IMG/VR virus record: IMGVR_UViG_3300044846_005309
Coordinates: 32,001-96,000 of that record
DNA: 64,000 bases
Reading direction: 5' to 3' (one strand)
DNA from: a virus
Made by a program: the position numbers and the translations under genes. This document shows positions 1 through 9,391 of the stretch, one piece after another. Position 1 is the first letter of the stretch; each line of letters starts with the position of its first letter. The notes beneath the pieces are model-generated. The model saw nothing but the letters and a program-made list of their open reading frames with translations, was not told the origin of the DNA and did not search any database.

Positions 1-150
1 ATCATACCCGTCAATACCATACCACCCTGCTGAATCAACAGTGTCTGGTAAAAACGCACCCACTATATTTTGTCCATCAACAAACTGCCCTGAATTTTGT
101 ACATACTGGGCGTCTAATTGATTAACTAATCCTTGAGTTACTAAAGGCAT
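1..150 (-). CDS. N-terminal fragment of a probable virion/tail-fibre (LamG-associated) protein, truncated by the window edge
   Basis: ATG at 150 just after the gp15 stop; reads MPLVTQGLVNQLDAQYVQ..., resembling the 'GLVxxLDA' N-termini of phage LamG-type proteins. Confidence 0.4.
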   Translation of the reverse strand, partial: MPLVTQGLVNQLDAQYVQNSGQFVDGQNIVGAFLPDTVDSAGWYGIDGYD

Positions 151-153
151 AAA

Positions 154-1266
154 TTAAACAACTTGTATACCCGACACATAAGGGTATTGTGTGGTAAAAT
201 TGGGGTTATATGAACCAGTTGATAATTTTGTATAGCCAGCGTCGTTAACAACTATAATATCAAAAAAGCCTGTTGCGCTTGGAGCTTGGTAAGTTATAGT
301 CATTTTATTATCACTAACCACGTAATAATCTAGCGCTGCTGCTACCCCTGTTAAGGCTGGGTACGAGGCTGAGAGACTAGTTGAAGCTGAAAAAGGATTA
401 ATAGTGGTTGTGTTTGCGAACATACCTGAACTACCGCTGAGATATACATTATTAGTATGGGTGTACATATCTCCATATATCTCTACTGTACCTGATAGAG
501 ATCTTGGCGCAAACCAAGTTGAGCTATACGCTACAACAGGAACAGCTGAAATAGTAAAAGATTCAGTTAATTCAGGATTGACTAAATAATCTATATTTTG
601 CGGGGTAGGTGTACCCGAAACAGGGTAAAAATTTGTATCAATTTTAAATATTCTACCTACAGGGTTTGCATCATACTTAAATAGCCACCCCTTAATTGTG
701 AAGCTTGTGTCGCAAATAACTCGAGTCGGTTGAGTGCTTTGCTGTTCAATGGGGTAAGTCATTGCAAGACTGCCACTCCATAAAACTTCTGAGCGTATTT
801 CTAGACCCGGCATTCCATCTCTTGTCCACGAAATAATAAAATAAGGGTCGCTATATGGAACAAAATTACTAAGAATTTGATCCATATCTGTTTGAAATCT
901 AGTTAATATACTAACGCTAACTTCTATGTTAACCGGGACCGGTTGTAAGTTTTTATCTGAAAAACTAGTATTATAAACAGAAGTAGTAGTATTAGTCCAA
1001 TATTGCCCTTCAAGTTTATTAAAAACTCTATTATTATCTCTACTTATAGCTGTAATCCAAAAAGAAATAGCCGGTAAGGTAATATGCTGCGCTTTGTTAA
1101 CTAAATCATGCAACACTCTCTGCTTAGGGGCATACACATATCTAACAGCGACGTTATTACCAGCAACGCGTGCATTATCATACCGTTTTACTATAGCCCC
1201 GTCAAAGGCCTGTAAAAATTGGGTTAATAAATCCTTTACTTCCCAGTGAAATGTATACTTCTGCAC
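154..1266 (-). CDS. T4 gp15-like tail sheath stabilizer/completion protein with C-terminal extension
   Basis: N-terminal pattern 'LLTQFLQAF...VRYVYAPKQR...LPAISF...PVPVNI...DMDQILSNFVPY...SFTIKGWLF' is typical of gp15. Confidence 0.75.
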   Translation of the reverse strand: MQKYTFHWEVKDLLTQFLQAFDGAIVKRYDNARVAGNNVAVRYVYAPKQRVLHDLVNKAQHITLPAISFWITAISRDNNRVFNKLEGQYWTNTTTSVYNTSFSDKNLQPVPVNIEVSVSILTRFQTDMDQILSNFVPYSDPYFIISWTRDGMPGLEIRSEVLWSGSLAMTYPIEQQSTQPTRVICDTSFTIKGWLFKYDANPVGRIFKIDTNFYPVSGTPTPQNIDYLVNPELTESFTISAVPVVAYSSTWFAPRSLSGTVEIYGDMYTHTNNVYLSGSSGMFANTTTINPFSASTSLSASYPALTGVAAALDYYVVSDNKMTITYQAPSATGFFDIIVVNDAGYTKLSTGSYNPNFTTQYPYVSGIQVV

Positions 1267-1274
1267 ATTATTAC

Positions 1275-2882
1275 TTACATTATACGGTCTAAGAAGTGTT
1301 TAGGTAAAATATGTCTATTTTCTATAATAGTTTTAGCTGAAACACCATCTAATATATAGGTTATACTTTCATCCTCTGCACTTCGTGTGCACCGACCACA
1401 AGCTTGAATAAGAGAGATAAACATTTTCATTTTATACCATTTTGGATCTACTTCGAAGAGTTTTTTTATTCTCTTACTTGCTAAAGACGGATACGGCATC
1501 TTTATAATAACTTGCCATTTACCTAAATCCCCTTTAAGATCTAGACCCATAGTAAGAGAAGGACTTACGAGAACGGTATCGTCCTTACGAATGCCGTGTT
1601 CTTTAATAATAGTTTCGTTAGTAGTACCTTCTTCTCTGTATAAAAAGCGTTTACCCTTAAGCCTCTTTTGCACAGCTTGGGTAATATTGAAAGAATGAGT
1701 ATGTATAATACCCTTCTCGCCTTTATGACTTTCAGCGATAGTGTGTGCAATTTCAACTACATTAGGTAGGTGAGTATCTAGAGTTTTGTAATTAAGAGGG
1801 TATTTGCTATGACAATAAATAGGGCTCTTCTTAGGATCAAAAGTAGAGTCAAACTCAACATACTCAAAATCTTTAATACCTAATGTTTTTGCAAAAATAT
1901 TCTTATCTACTATAGTCGCGCTCATCAATACAATAACGTCCGCGTAATCAAACAAACAATGTGTAAGAGTGTCAATTTTAAGCGGTGTAAAGATAGCTTT
2001 TTCCACGTCTTTTTCAATTATATACTGAGTTTTATCCCAATGATCAATAATGTTAATAATTGACTCGTAAAGGTCCTTTCTAAACTGCTGTTTAATAAGT
2101 TCTATTTTATTATTTTCATATCGAGCGCGTCCTTTATGCGCTTCAATAACTTCTTTTACAGACTCAGCAAGATCAGTCAACCAACCAAGCGCTTTAGCAG
2201 GCGTTTCACTAGTTAATTTATCATATTCAATTCCATTAACAGTTAATCGCTTGTAATCAATAACAGCTGAGTAGTATTTTACTATTTCGTCTTCTAGCTC
2301 TGAACATTCGTCTGCAACAATTATTTGTCGCTTTTTAAGATGGTCAGGTAGATTAAAAAATGAAGCGTAATTTAGTACCGTGAAGTTTTCAATTAATGCG
2401 CTATTACGCGCTTCATAGTACGGACAGCAATGTTGATCCCAGCATTCTTTTTTCTGCGCTGGAGCAATCAAACACGGAGCGTGCTCTGTAGTAAAGCTAG
2501 TATCGACTTCACACTGGTAATTACTCTTACCTTTAAAAATAGAAGACTCATTAAATAAGTCTTTATACTGATTCTGCAATGCTTTAGTGGTAGTAAGAGC
2601 AAACAGCCCGTGAGACGGCAACTTCGCTATAGCTCCAGCGTAGTCTTCGTCATAAGCATGGTAATTAAATACTAGCTGCTCATAATCTTTATGACAGCAA
2701 TTAGTAGTATTTGAAAGCGTCTTACTAATAAACGACTTACCTGAACCAGTCGGTGCTTGAACTATAATAAATTTTGCGCCTTTATTGACAGCGGCTTCTA
2801 TTTTTTCTAAGCCCTGTACCTGGTGGCTCCTTGGTGTAAAGCCGGCAGGAAAATACTCTATCAAAGGCTTAGTAAGTTTCAT
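1275..2882 (-). CDS. DinG/YoaA/XPD-family SF2 helicase
   Basis: Q-motif FTPRSHQ, Walker A APTGSGKS, Cys cluster, DECS box, MSAT, GLDLKGD, QACGRCTRS. Confidence 0.85.
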   Translation of the reverse strand: MKLTKPLIEYFPAGFTPRSHQVQGLEKIEAAVNKGAKFIIVQAPTGSGKSFISKTLSNTTNCCHKDYEQLVFNYHAYDEDYAGAIAKLPSHGLFALTTTKALQNQYKDLFNESSIFKGKSNYQCEVDTSFTTEHAPCLIAPAQKKECWDQHCCPYYEARNSALIENFTVLNYASFFNLPDHLKKRQIIVADECSELEDEIVKYYSAVIDYKRLTVNGIEYDKLTSETPAKALGWLTDLAESVKEVIEAHKGRARYENNKIELIKQQFRKDLYESIINIIDHWDKTQYIIEKDVEKAIFTPLKIDTLTHCLFDYADVIVLMSATIVDKNIFAKTLGIKDFEYVEFDSTFDPKKSPIYCHSKYPLNYKTLDTHLPNVVEIAHTIAESHKGEKGIIHTHSFNITQAVQKRLKGKRFLYREEGTTNETIIKEHGIRKDDTVLVSPSLTMGLDLKGDLGKWQVIIKMPYPSLASKRIKKLFEVDPKWYKMKMFISLIQACGRCTRSAEDESITYILDGVSAKTIIENRHILPKHFLDRIM

Positions 2883-2910
2883 CAGCCTTACATAATAGAG
2901 TAGGTTACAA

Positions 2911-3246
2911 TTAATTCAATTTATTAATTGCAAGTACTGCGTTATAAAATTTGCTGTTTTTAATTTTCGATGTTGATTTTAAATTTACCAGTAATTCAAA
3001 ATCTTGCTCAGCTAAAGTTTCAAGCCGATAATCAAAAATAATTTGATTATTTTTTTCTTCTAGAGCAAAAGGAAACGGCACTTCAAAAGTTTCTCTCTTT
3101 TTTTCAGTGTTAACAATAAAAGCAATGTAACAGCCAGACAAACGATAATTGATAAGCTTACCTTTTTTGTAGGGTTTGTTTTTTAAAGAAAATATTACAT
3201 CTTTAAGAAAGTAAGGTTTAATAGCTTTATCTAAATTATCATACAT
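2911..3246 (-). CDS. hypothetical protein
   Basis: 111-aa ORF tightly packed in the minus-strand operon. Confidence 0.6.
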   Translation of the reverse strand: MYDNLDKAIKPYFLKDVIFSLKNKPYKKGKLINYRLSGCYIAFIVNTEKKRETFEVPFPFALEEKNNQIIFDYRLETLAEQDFELLVNLKSTSKIKNSKFYNAVLAINKLN

Positions 3247-3247
3247 A

Positions 3248-3631
3248 TTATTTGTCCATAAACTGTTGTTTATCAGTTGCAGACATCTTACTTAATACCT
3301 CACTGAAGTATTTCCAGAACTCATCCGGAGGGGTTGTCGGTATAACACTAACCACCTCTACGGATTCTGAAGGTACTAGCCTGTAATCTTGCATAAATAT
3401 ATCCCATGTCAGTACTAATCCTTTTTGTTGAGGATTAAACTTAAGTCTACCTGAAGCAGGTTTAAAATTTAATGCTACTCTCCCTTCTGTACTATTTAAG
3501 AGTAAAGTATCATTAGTTGCAAGCATTCTACGGGTAGGGGGTGAGCCGGCAATAGGACGACGCCGTAGAAATCTAAGTTCTACGGCGTTTTTATTAAGTA
3601 AAGCTGTTAAAGCTGTTTGGGATACTCTCAT
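3248..3631 (-). CDS. SH3/WYL-like beta-barrel protein (DUF2693-like)
   Basis: 'VELRFLRR...TRRMLAT...LTWDIFMQDYR' pattern seen in small T4-like SH3-fold proteins. Confidence 0.5.
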   Translation of the reverse strand: MRVSQTALTALLNKNAVELRFLRRRPIAGSPPTRRMLATNDTLLLNSTEGRVALNFKPASGRLKFNPQQKGLVLTWDIFMQDYRLVPSESVEVVSVIPTTPPDEFWKYFSEVLSKMSATDKQQFMDK

Positions 3632-4083
3632 TTAGTTTCTTCAGGCTCAGCAACACCAAAAATACGGTCTTCGTTTAAGAAGACGATATGTCTAAGATTA
3701 TTTATGTTGCTAGCCTTTAGACCAAATGTGCTCGGAAAAATAACGTGCTGGCCTGGTTTAACTTTAGCACGAGGACCTGCTAAAAGCACTTTTGCAACAC
3801 GCCAAGCTTGCTGAGTAACATTGATAGGTACAAAAATCCCGCCACGCATAATTTGCGTGCCATCTTCGTTAGTATCAGCAAATTGACACATTAAAATGTC
3901 GTCTAATACAGCGGTCAAGCGCCAACTAGCAAGATTAAGATCACTACCGGTATAGTCCTCGAGTCGCACCATACCTTTAGTCAAATTAGTACCCACGTCT
4001 TCATAAGCCTGAAACGCTTTTTCGCGATCAGACTTACTCATATCTTTTGTTGCTTTTTCTAAAGCGATTTCACTTTTTTTCAT
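3628..4083 (-). CDS. GroES-like co-chaperonin (functional analogue of T4 gp31)
   Basis: 'LDDILM...GGIFVP...AKVLLAGP..VKPGQHVIF...FLNEDRIFGV' Cpn10 signature. Confidence 0.8.
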   Translation of the reverse strand: MKKSEIALEKATKDMSKSDREKAFQAYEDVGTNLTKGMVRLEDYTGSDLNLASWRLTAVLDDILMCQFADTNEDGTQIMRGGIFVPINVTQQAWRVAKVLLAGPRAKVKPGQHVIFPSTFGLKASNINNLRHIVFLNEDRIFGVAEPEETK

Positions 4084-4456
4084 TTGGTAAATTTAAATTA
4101 AATTGTTCTATATACAAACTTACCTCTCTACTGGAAATTTCAAGATTGTTAGCAACTTTTTGTATAGTTTGTTTTTGTACGGATTTACTTTCAGTATCTT
4201 TCTTCTTCTTTATGTAATTAATACGTTTAAATCTAGTTTTAGGTACAACACTATGTAGATAGTTAAACCATTCAGAATTACTCTGTAACGTAGACCAATG
4301 AACATTGCTTGTCTGGTTAAGCAATACAGTTACTTCAGGGGAGTACATACTGCACCATCGCTGCACCAGATACGGCTGAAATTCAGAGTTTTCATCTAAA
4401 TTAGCCGTATCTGGAGTCTTAGTTTTAAATAAAATCTTATTTAAAAAATCAAACAT
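4070..4456 (-). CDS. clamp loader small subunit (T4 gp62-like)
   Basis: 'MFDFLNKI...FQPYLVQRWCS...YLHSVVPK.RF..YIKK...LEISSRE'. Confidence 0.7.
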   Translation of the reverse strand: MFDFLNKILFKTKTPDTANLDENSEFQPYLVQRWCSMYSPEVTVLLNQTSNVHWSTLQSNSEWFNYLHSVVPKTRFKRINYIKKKKDTESKSVQKQTIQKVANNLEISSREVSLYIEQFNLNLPNEKK

Positions 4457-5037
4457 TAAACGATAACTTTAGTGGTAGCAATAAAAATATTATCTACCAT
4501 GCTATAAAACTGATGCATTACTTCATTTTGGAATTTTACGGTCTGTTCGGGAGAGAGGTTAGTACTAAATGCAAAGGCGGGGGCCTTTTTACCTGCAAGA
4601 ATGTTAATACCGGTATGACCGATAGCTACATTTTCTTTAGAATAGGTAATGCTCACAGATGCTTTGCCTTTAGTCTGATGAATACCTCCTTGATTATGAT
4701 CTGCATGGATCATGATATCGTCTCCTTTCATCTCAATAGTCTTATTGATTTGCTTATAAAGAATATTAGCAATAGAAGTGTTAAACAGTCGCTGAAAGCA
4801 TACAGCCCCAAAAGGATCTAGGTTAGGGATCTCCCAGCAAAAATTTACCATAGATTCGCTATAAATGTAATCTTTTTCGAGTGAATCCTCTAAGTCAATA
4901 AGATTCAAAGTAACTTCTACTGGAGCTACAAAAGAAACAATATTACCAATAGGTAGAGTCTTGTCTCTAAAATACTTGTAAGCAAAACGCTTATGAATAA
5001 AAGAACCGTCGTATATTTTTTGATCGTTAATAATCAT
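4456..5037 (-). CDS. DUF366-family protein (BPL/LplA-like fold)
   Basis: 'YDGS.I...FAY...IVSF..P...IDLED...IYS..M.NF..E...FQRL...GDDI...KASVSI...HTGINI'. Confidence 0.7.
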   Translation of the reverse strand: MIINDQKIYDGSFIHKRFAYKYFRDKTLPIGNIVSFVAPVEVTLNLIDLEDSLEKDYIYSESMVNFCWEIPNLDPFGAVCFQRLFNTSIANILYKQINKTIEMKGDDIMIHADHNQGGIHQTKGKASVSITYSKENVAIGHTGINILAGKKAPAFAFSTNLSPEQTVKFQNEVMHQFYSMVDNIFIATTKVIV

Positions 5038-5052
5038 AGTGATATTATACTA

Positions 5053-5739
5053 TTAAATTAAATATTTTCCATTCTTAACTTTGTCTAAAAACCATACTTG
5101 GCCTGAAAGCCATTCATCAGTAAAAGAGCGAAGACCGTGAGAGTTATGTACAACGTTTATGTCTACTGTACCTAATTTTAATTTTTTGCTGTTACACGTT
5201 AAGCTAAAATCTATATCGTAAAAATGAGCTACGCAAGGGTTAGATTCATCGAAAAATGCCCCGGCTTGATACACTCGCTTAGAATTAAAAGCTAGAAATA
5301 GCCCATCAAGTATAAGAACTCTTCCGTGTTTACCAAAATAGGTAACAAATGTACCGCTGCCTCCGTCTGATACATGACTAACTTTACCTCTATGGTCTTC
5401 TTTAGAGCTCATTAGGTGCCACAGACACGGCTCAGAAATTTTTGCACTTGAAGTGCCTGCTAGACCGATTACATCATATTTTTCTAAATTGTTATTTATT
5501 TTTTCTAACCACCCCTCATCGTTTATCAAAACATCATCATGAACAAATACAACATTATAGTCTTCGTCTTTTATCCACTCATTATATTTTTTAGGTAGAG
5601 GTTTTGTATTAGAAAATATCTTTACGCACTCTATTTCTTTCAAACGCGGAGATTTTAAAATATGATATTTACCGTATCTCTCATTAAGTTCTTTTTCGTT
5701 CAAAACTTGAGAACAAAACACTAAAACTGTTTTTTTCAT
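5053..5739 (-). CDS. GT2-like glycosyltransferase
   Basis: VFVHDDV (DxD), VIGLAG, LDGLFLA, HFYDIDFS. Confidence 0.75.
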   Translation of the reverse strand: MKKTVLVFCSQVLNEKELNERYGKYHILKSPRLKEIECVKIFSNTKPLPKKYNEWIKDEDYNVVFVHDDVLINDEGWLEKINNNLEKYDVIGLAGTSSAKISEPCLWHLMSSKEDHRGKVSHVSDGGSGTFVTYFGKHGRVLILDGLFLAFNSKRVYQAGAFFDESNPCVAHFYDIDFSLTCNSKKLKLGTVDINVVHNSHGLRSFTDEWLSGQVWFLDKVKNGKYLI

Positions 5740-6008
5740 TAATCGGTAATAATATCGCTTTGAGGTAAATTAGAAAATTTTTCGCAAAGAAGTGCGGTAA
5801 TCTTATCAGGTACAATAGGTGTGTCTTTATAAAGATAGATATTATGCAAATTGGGTTTATCGAATTTAACATTAAGACTTTCAGCTAAATTTACCATTTT
5901 AATTCTTTGAGCATCAGTATGTTCTGAGCATACGTCGGTGCCTGCAGTAAACAGCAAAGACTCTATAATTAATTGGACTTCTTCTAAATTAAAATTAATA
6001 CTCTTCAT
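5739..6008 (-). CDS. hypothetical protein
   Basis: 89-aa ORF overlapping the next start codon. Confidence 0.55.
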   Translation of the reverse strand: MKSINFNLEEVQLIIESLLFTAGTDVCSEHTDAQRIKMVNLAESLNVKFDKPNLHNIYLYKDTPIVPDKITALLCEKFSNLPQSDIITD

Positions 6009-6042
6009 TTCAAGAGTATTTTAAAATATAATTTTATTAAAT

Positions 6043-6441
6043 CTACTTACTTTTTTTAACCGGTGCAGGGTTAGTCACATTAACCTGATCGAGTTTTTCT
6101 AATACTTGTTGTAACAATTCATCGTGTTTATTAGATGTAAAATGTATAACAAGAGAAGTAAGACTGGATAATAAAGCAGCTACGACTACTGCTTTAAACT
6201 GCCAAGACAAATTTGTGCTCTCTAAATTAGTTTTTTTTATGTTGTCCACGCTTTCGGTTAAATCGTTTAATTGTGCAGTAAGTTTAACATCTAAATGAGA
6301 TATTTCATTATGAAGAGTTGCAACCTGTTGTATAAGACTTGGTTGACCATTACCGTCCCGTACTAATTTGCTAATAGTTTGGAGTTCACTTTTTACGTTA
6401 ACTATATCTCTATTAATATAATCAATTGCTTCATTACCCAT
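6043..6441 (-). CDS. coiled-coil plus single-TM protein (holin/XhlA-like candidate)
   Basis: 'LVRDGNGQPSL' then heptad coil, then hydrophobic AVVVAALLSSLTSLVI. Confidence 0.45.
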   Translation of the reverse strand: MGNEAIDYINRDIVNVKSELQTISKLVRDGNGQPSLIQQVATLHNEISHLDVKLTAQLNDLTESVDNIKKTNLESTNLSWQFKAVVVAALLSSLTSLVIHFTSNKHDELLQQVLEKLDQVNVTNPAPVKKSK

Positions 6442-6449
6442 ACATATAT

Positions 6450-7106
6450 TTATAAAATAAAGTAGGGAGAATTAAAGTTATAACTCTTGATGTATTTTAT
6501 TTTTGCGTCTCGTGTGTAAAGATTATTATATTTTATATTAAAAAGCATTTTTTCTTCAAGTGGCTCGCTATTTTCAAACTCTGTTGAAGAAAAGTCTCCA
6601 GTAATCCAGTTTACGAATAACGTACATGAATTACGAACTAAATAGAGATTCTTAGTACGTGTATTAAACGCCCAAAACGCAAATGTACCTTCTAGTTTTT
6701 CGGGACCATTTTCTATACCAAACACATCTAACATACGAGGAATAATGCAGCTATCTGTTTTTCCTGCAAAATCTTCTTCAGGATAGTGTTGTTTAGTTAA
6801 TTTTTCAAAATTACTAATAATACCGTTATGAGCTACAGCCCAGTCTTTATAGAAAAAAGGGTGATTATTGTCTTCTTCAAAACCTTTAGTTTCTACAGTA
6901 GGTCCTCGCGAATGGTAAAGATAATATATTTTAGTGTAGTTATTTGAACTAAACGGCGTTTTAAAATCCCCTAAAACTTTTTTATAGGCCTGCACCCCTG
7001 TATCATCTAGTAACATAGAACCAGAGCTATAAAAGCCTCTATTAAGGTTATCTTTATAGAGTTTATACGCTCTATCTTTATCAGTTGAGCCTGCAATACC
7101 GCACAT
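6450..7106 (-). CDS. stand-alone class II (Ntn) glutamine amidotransferase adjacent to queC
   Basis: N-terminal MCGI, HSRGPT, NNHPF, HNGII.NF, TDS motifs. Confidence 0.85.
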   Translation of the reverse strand: MCGIAGSTDKDRAYKLYKDNLNRGFYSSGSMLLDDTGVQAYKKVLGDFKTPFSSNNYTKIYYLYHSRGPTVETKGFEEDNNHPFFYKDWAVAHNGIISNFEKLTKQHYPEEDFAGKTDSCIIPRMLDVFGIENGPEKLEGTFAFWAFNTRTKNLYLVRNSCTLFVNWITGDFSSTEFENSEPLEEKMLFNIKYNNLYTRDAKIKYIKSYNFNSPYFIL

Positions 7107-7109
7107 AAC

Positions 7110-7820
7110 TTAGTATGGCTTACAATCAAATTTACTCCACGGTATTTCTTTTGCGTATTTAATTGGGTCTATAGTTTTATTATCTATAAAAGCTTTAATA
7201 CGCGCTGCGCATGATACGCATTCCCCGCAGGCTACTTCTTTACCTTCATAACAAGTATGGGTATGTGCAAAATTAACATTCAAATCAATACCTTCTTTTA
7301 CAACTCGATCTTTAGACCACGTCATGAATGGAGCATTTACTTTAATTGTATTTTTACGGTTAAGATTATATACATCATTGACTTTGTTTAGGAACAAAGA
7401 AGTACAGTCCCAATAACCAGAAAAGTCATCCGTTTGCACAGCCCCGTAAAATAAATCATTAGCTCCAATACTTTCAGCCCAGCCCGCAGCGGTTGTTAAA
7501 AGCAAAAGATTTCTAAAAGGTACATAACTCAAAGGCTGAGCGTTACCGATATCTTCTCGAGCCTTAGGAATCTTAAGATCAGTATTAGTAAGAGCGGACA
7601 TTTTGGATATCTCTCTAAAGAAATCCATATTGATGAGTTTATGTTCAGTCACGCCTACGTTTAGAGCTTGTGTTTTTGCACAATCAACTTCTCGGATAAT
7701 CCGTTGCCCGTAATTAAATGTAATAGCATACACTTCATTGTATGCAAGTCGTTTTGTAACATGGTGTAAAAGAATAGTACTATCCATGCCACCTGAAAGG
7801 ATGACGAGCGCTTTAGACAT
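7110..7820 (-). CDS. queC: 7-cyano-7-deazaguanine synthase QueC
   Basis: SGGMDS PP-loop, FNYGQR, YVPFRN, GYWDC, TCY..ACGECVSC zinc site. Confidence 0.95.
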   Translation of the reverse strand: MSKALVILSGGMDSTILLHHVTKRLAYNEVYAITFNYGQRIIREVDCAKTQALNVGVTEHKLINMDFFREISKMSALTNTDLKIPKAREDIGNAQPLSYVPFRNLLLLTTAAGWAESIGANDLFYGAVQTDDFSGYWDCTSLFLNKVNDVYNLNRKNTIKVNAPFMTWSKDRVVKEGIDLNVNFAHTHTCYEGKEVACGECVSCAARIKAFIDNKTIDPIKYAKEIPWSKFDCKPY

Positions 7821-7878
7821 ATGTTTATAATAAAATATAACCTTAGAAATTCAAATGTTTTTGATAAATAATAGTATT

Positions 7879-8703
7879 ATGTCAAAGTTTGCAAATACAT
7901 TTCTTAAATCCCTTAACGAAGAAGCTGAAAAACTTCATGGCGGACAAAAAAATATCGATGTAGCAGCTCCTAAAGGCAAAATTACAGGTGCAGATTTTGC
8001 GGCTCTTCGCAAAAAGAAAGGTCTAAAGAAAGAAGGCGGTGGCGGCGGTGGCGGTGGTGGTGGCGGCGGAGGCGGGGGTGGCGGTGGTGGTGGAGGTGGA
8101 GGTGGTGGCTCATGGGAAGAAAGTGGTCGTATGAAACGAGGATTAAAGAAAGAAGAAGCAGAAGGCAATGCATTCAGCAAAGCCGTACAAGACGCAAAAG
8201 CGGCTGGCAAAAAACCAGGAGATAAAATTAAAGTAGGGGATAAGGACGTAACTCTTCGCGAAAAAAATAAAATGGCGGATAAAAAGAAAAAAGCTATGAA
8301 GGAGAATTATGAAATGGAAGCGGCGCCAGCTCCTTCAGGTGGGGAAATGTCTGATGAAGAAGCGTATAAGCGTTCGCTAGACAAAGGCACTAACCCTAGA
8401 GACTTTGATGTAGCAGACAATCCTCAGCTTAAAGTGGACTCCTCAGGGGTTGACGCGGCGCGTAATTGGATTTCTAAATTAGAAGAAATGGCTGACTTTG
8501 TAAACGGTACTGGACCGGAAAGCCTTAACTCTCAAATCAATCAACTTGAAATTAAAAACTCAATACCGTTTCGCGGAGTTGTTCGTCGGGAAGAAAAACG
8601 TATTACTAAATTAGCAGAAAACCTCCGCGGTTTAGCAGAGGTCTTCAAATCAGTCGTAATTACTTCTGAAAAGAAAGTTAAAGACGCTTCTACCCCTCGT
8701 TAA
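7879..8703 (+). CDS. probable prohead core/internal protein with a 25-Gly tract
   Basis: ATAAATA late-promoter-like motif upstream; MSKF...LNE N-terminus; repeated (L/M)x(x)E motifs; poly-Gly at 8035-8109. Confidence 0.55.
   Translation: MSKFANTFLKSLNEEAEKLHGGQKNIDVAAPKGKITGADFAALRKKKGLKKEGGGGGGGGGGGGGGGGGGGGGGGGGSWEESGRMKRGLKKEEAEGNAFSKAVQDAKAAGKKPGDKIKVGDKDVTLREKNKMADKKKKAMKENYEMEAAPAPSGGEMSDEEAYKRSLDKGTNPRDFDVADNPQLKVDSSGVDAARNWISKLEEMADFVNGTGPESLNSQINQLEIKNSIPFRGVVRREEKRITKLAENLRGLAEVFKSVVITSEKKVKDASTPR
8035..8109 (+). repeat. (GGN)25 trinucleotide tract encoding poly-glycine
   Basis: 25 consecutive GGN codons using all four Gly codons. Confidence 0.95.
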
Positions 8704-9391
8704 CGTTTAATTCATTAATAGCTTTAAAGGTCTCAGGAAATAACCCTTCGAGGCCTTTTTTTATGTCTAGAGCTATTTCTCTATGCTCTTTTTGTGTGCC
8801 CTCCGCGCAACGAAGATCAAGATAGTGAATCCAGCTACGCAAAGTACCTGACATATAGATTCTTGTTTGGGTATTCAGAGGTAGTATGATTCTTGCACAT
8901 TCTTTTGCAATACCTTTTTCAATTAATGCATTATACGCAGCTAATGACGTTTCCTGCGCGACTTTAACAATTTCTTGAAGTTCAGGAGATAGTACAACAG
9001 GATCATCTCCTACCTGTCTGTTTGTTTTTCCTTGCATTCTCCACTCTGGCGCTTCAAGCCTTGTGGCTGTAGCATATCTCTGGCTAAACTCCTGAAACGT
9101 AAATGATCTATGGCGTAGAATTTGTGCAGCAATAGCTCTAGACGTCCAAATCTCAAAAGTACAACTTACATGCTCAAAGGGGCTCCAATGCTTATGCTTA
9201 ATAAGATAGCGAATAAGCTTATGACCGGTTTCGGTGTTCATCTGGTTAGCCGGATTACTTACCCGGGCTATATACACTATAAATTGCTCCGGAGTCATAT
9301 TGAAATGGCCGTTACCGGGGTGAGGGTTCCTGAAACCTTCAGGAACCATAGGGACAAACGGCTGAGTGATTGCGATTAATTTTGTTTGCAT
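8690..9391 (-). CDS. thyX: flavin-dependent thymidylate synthase ThyX
   Basis: HWSPFEH, RHRSFTFQEFSQRY, ARIILP, TQKEHR. Confidence 0.95.
   Translation of the reverse strand: MQTKLIAITQPFVPMVPEGFRNPHPGNGHFNMTPEQFIVYIARVSNPANQMNTETGHKLIRYLIKHKHWSPFEHVSCTFEIWTSRAIAAQILRHRSFTFQEFSQRYATATRLEAPEWRMQGKTNRQVGDDPVVLSPELQEIVKVAQETSLAAYNALIEKGIAKECARIILPLNTQTRIYMSGTLRSWIHYLDLRCAEGTQKEHREIALDIKKGLEGLFPETFKAINELNVNEG

Noticed and set aside
1275-2882. DinG helicase as part of a type IV CRISPR or other defence system
   Set aside because: No Cas or other defence genes nearby; the context is a phage core operon.
7935-8210. Poly-Pro and poly-His ORFs on the minus strand
   Set aside because: Antisense shadows of the GGN tract.
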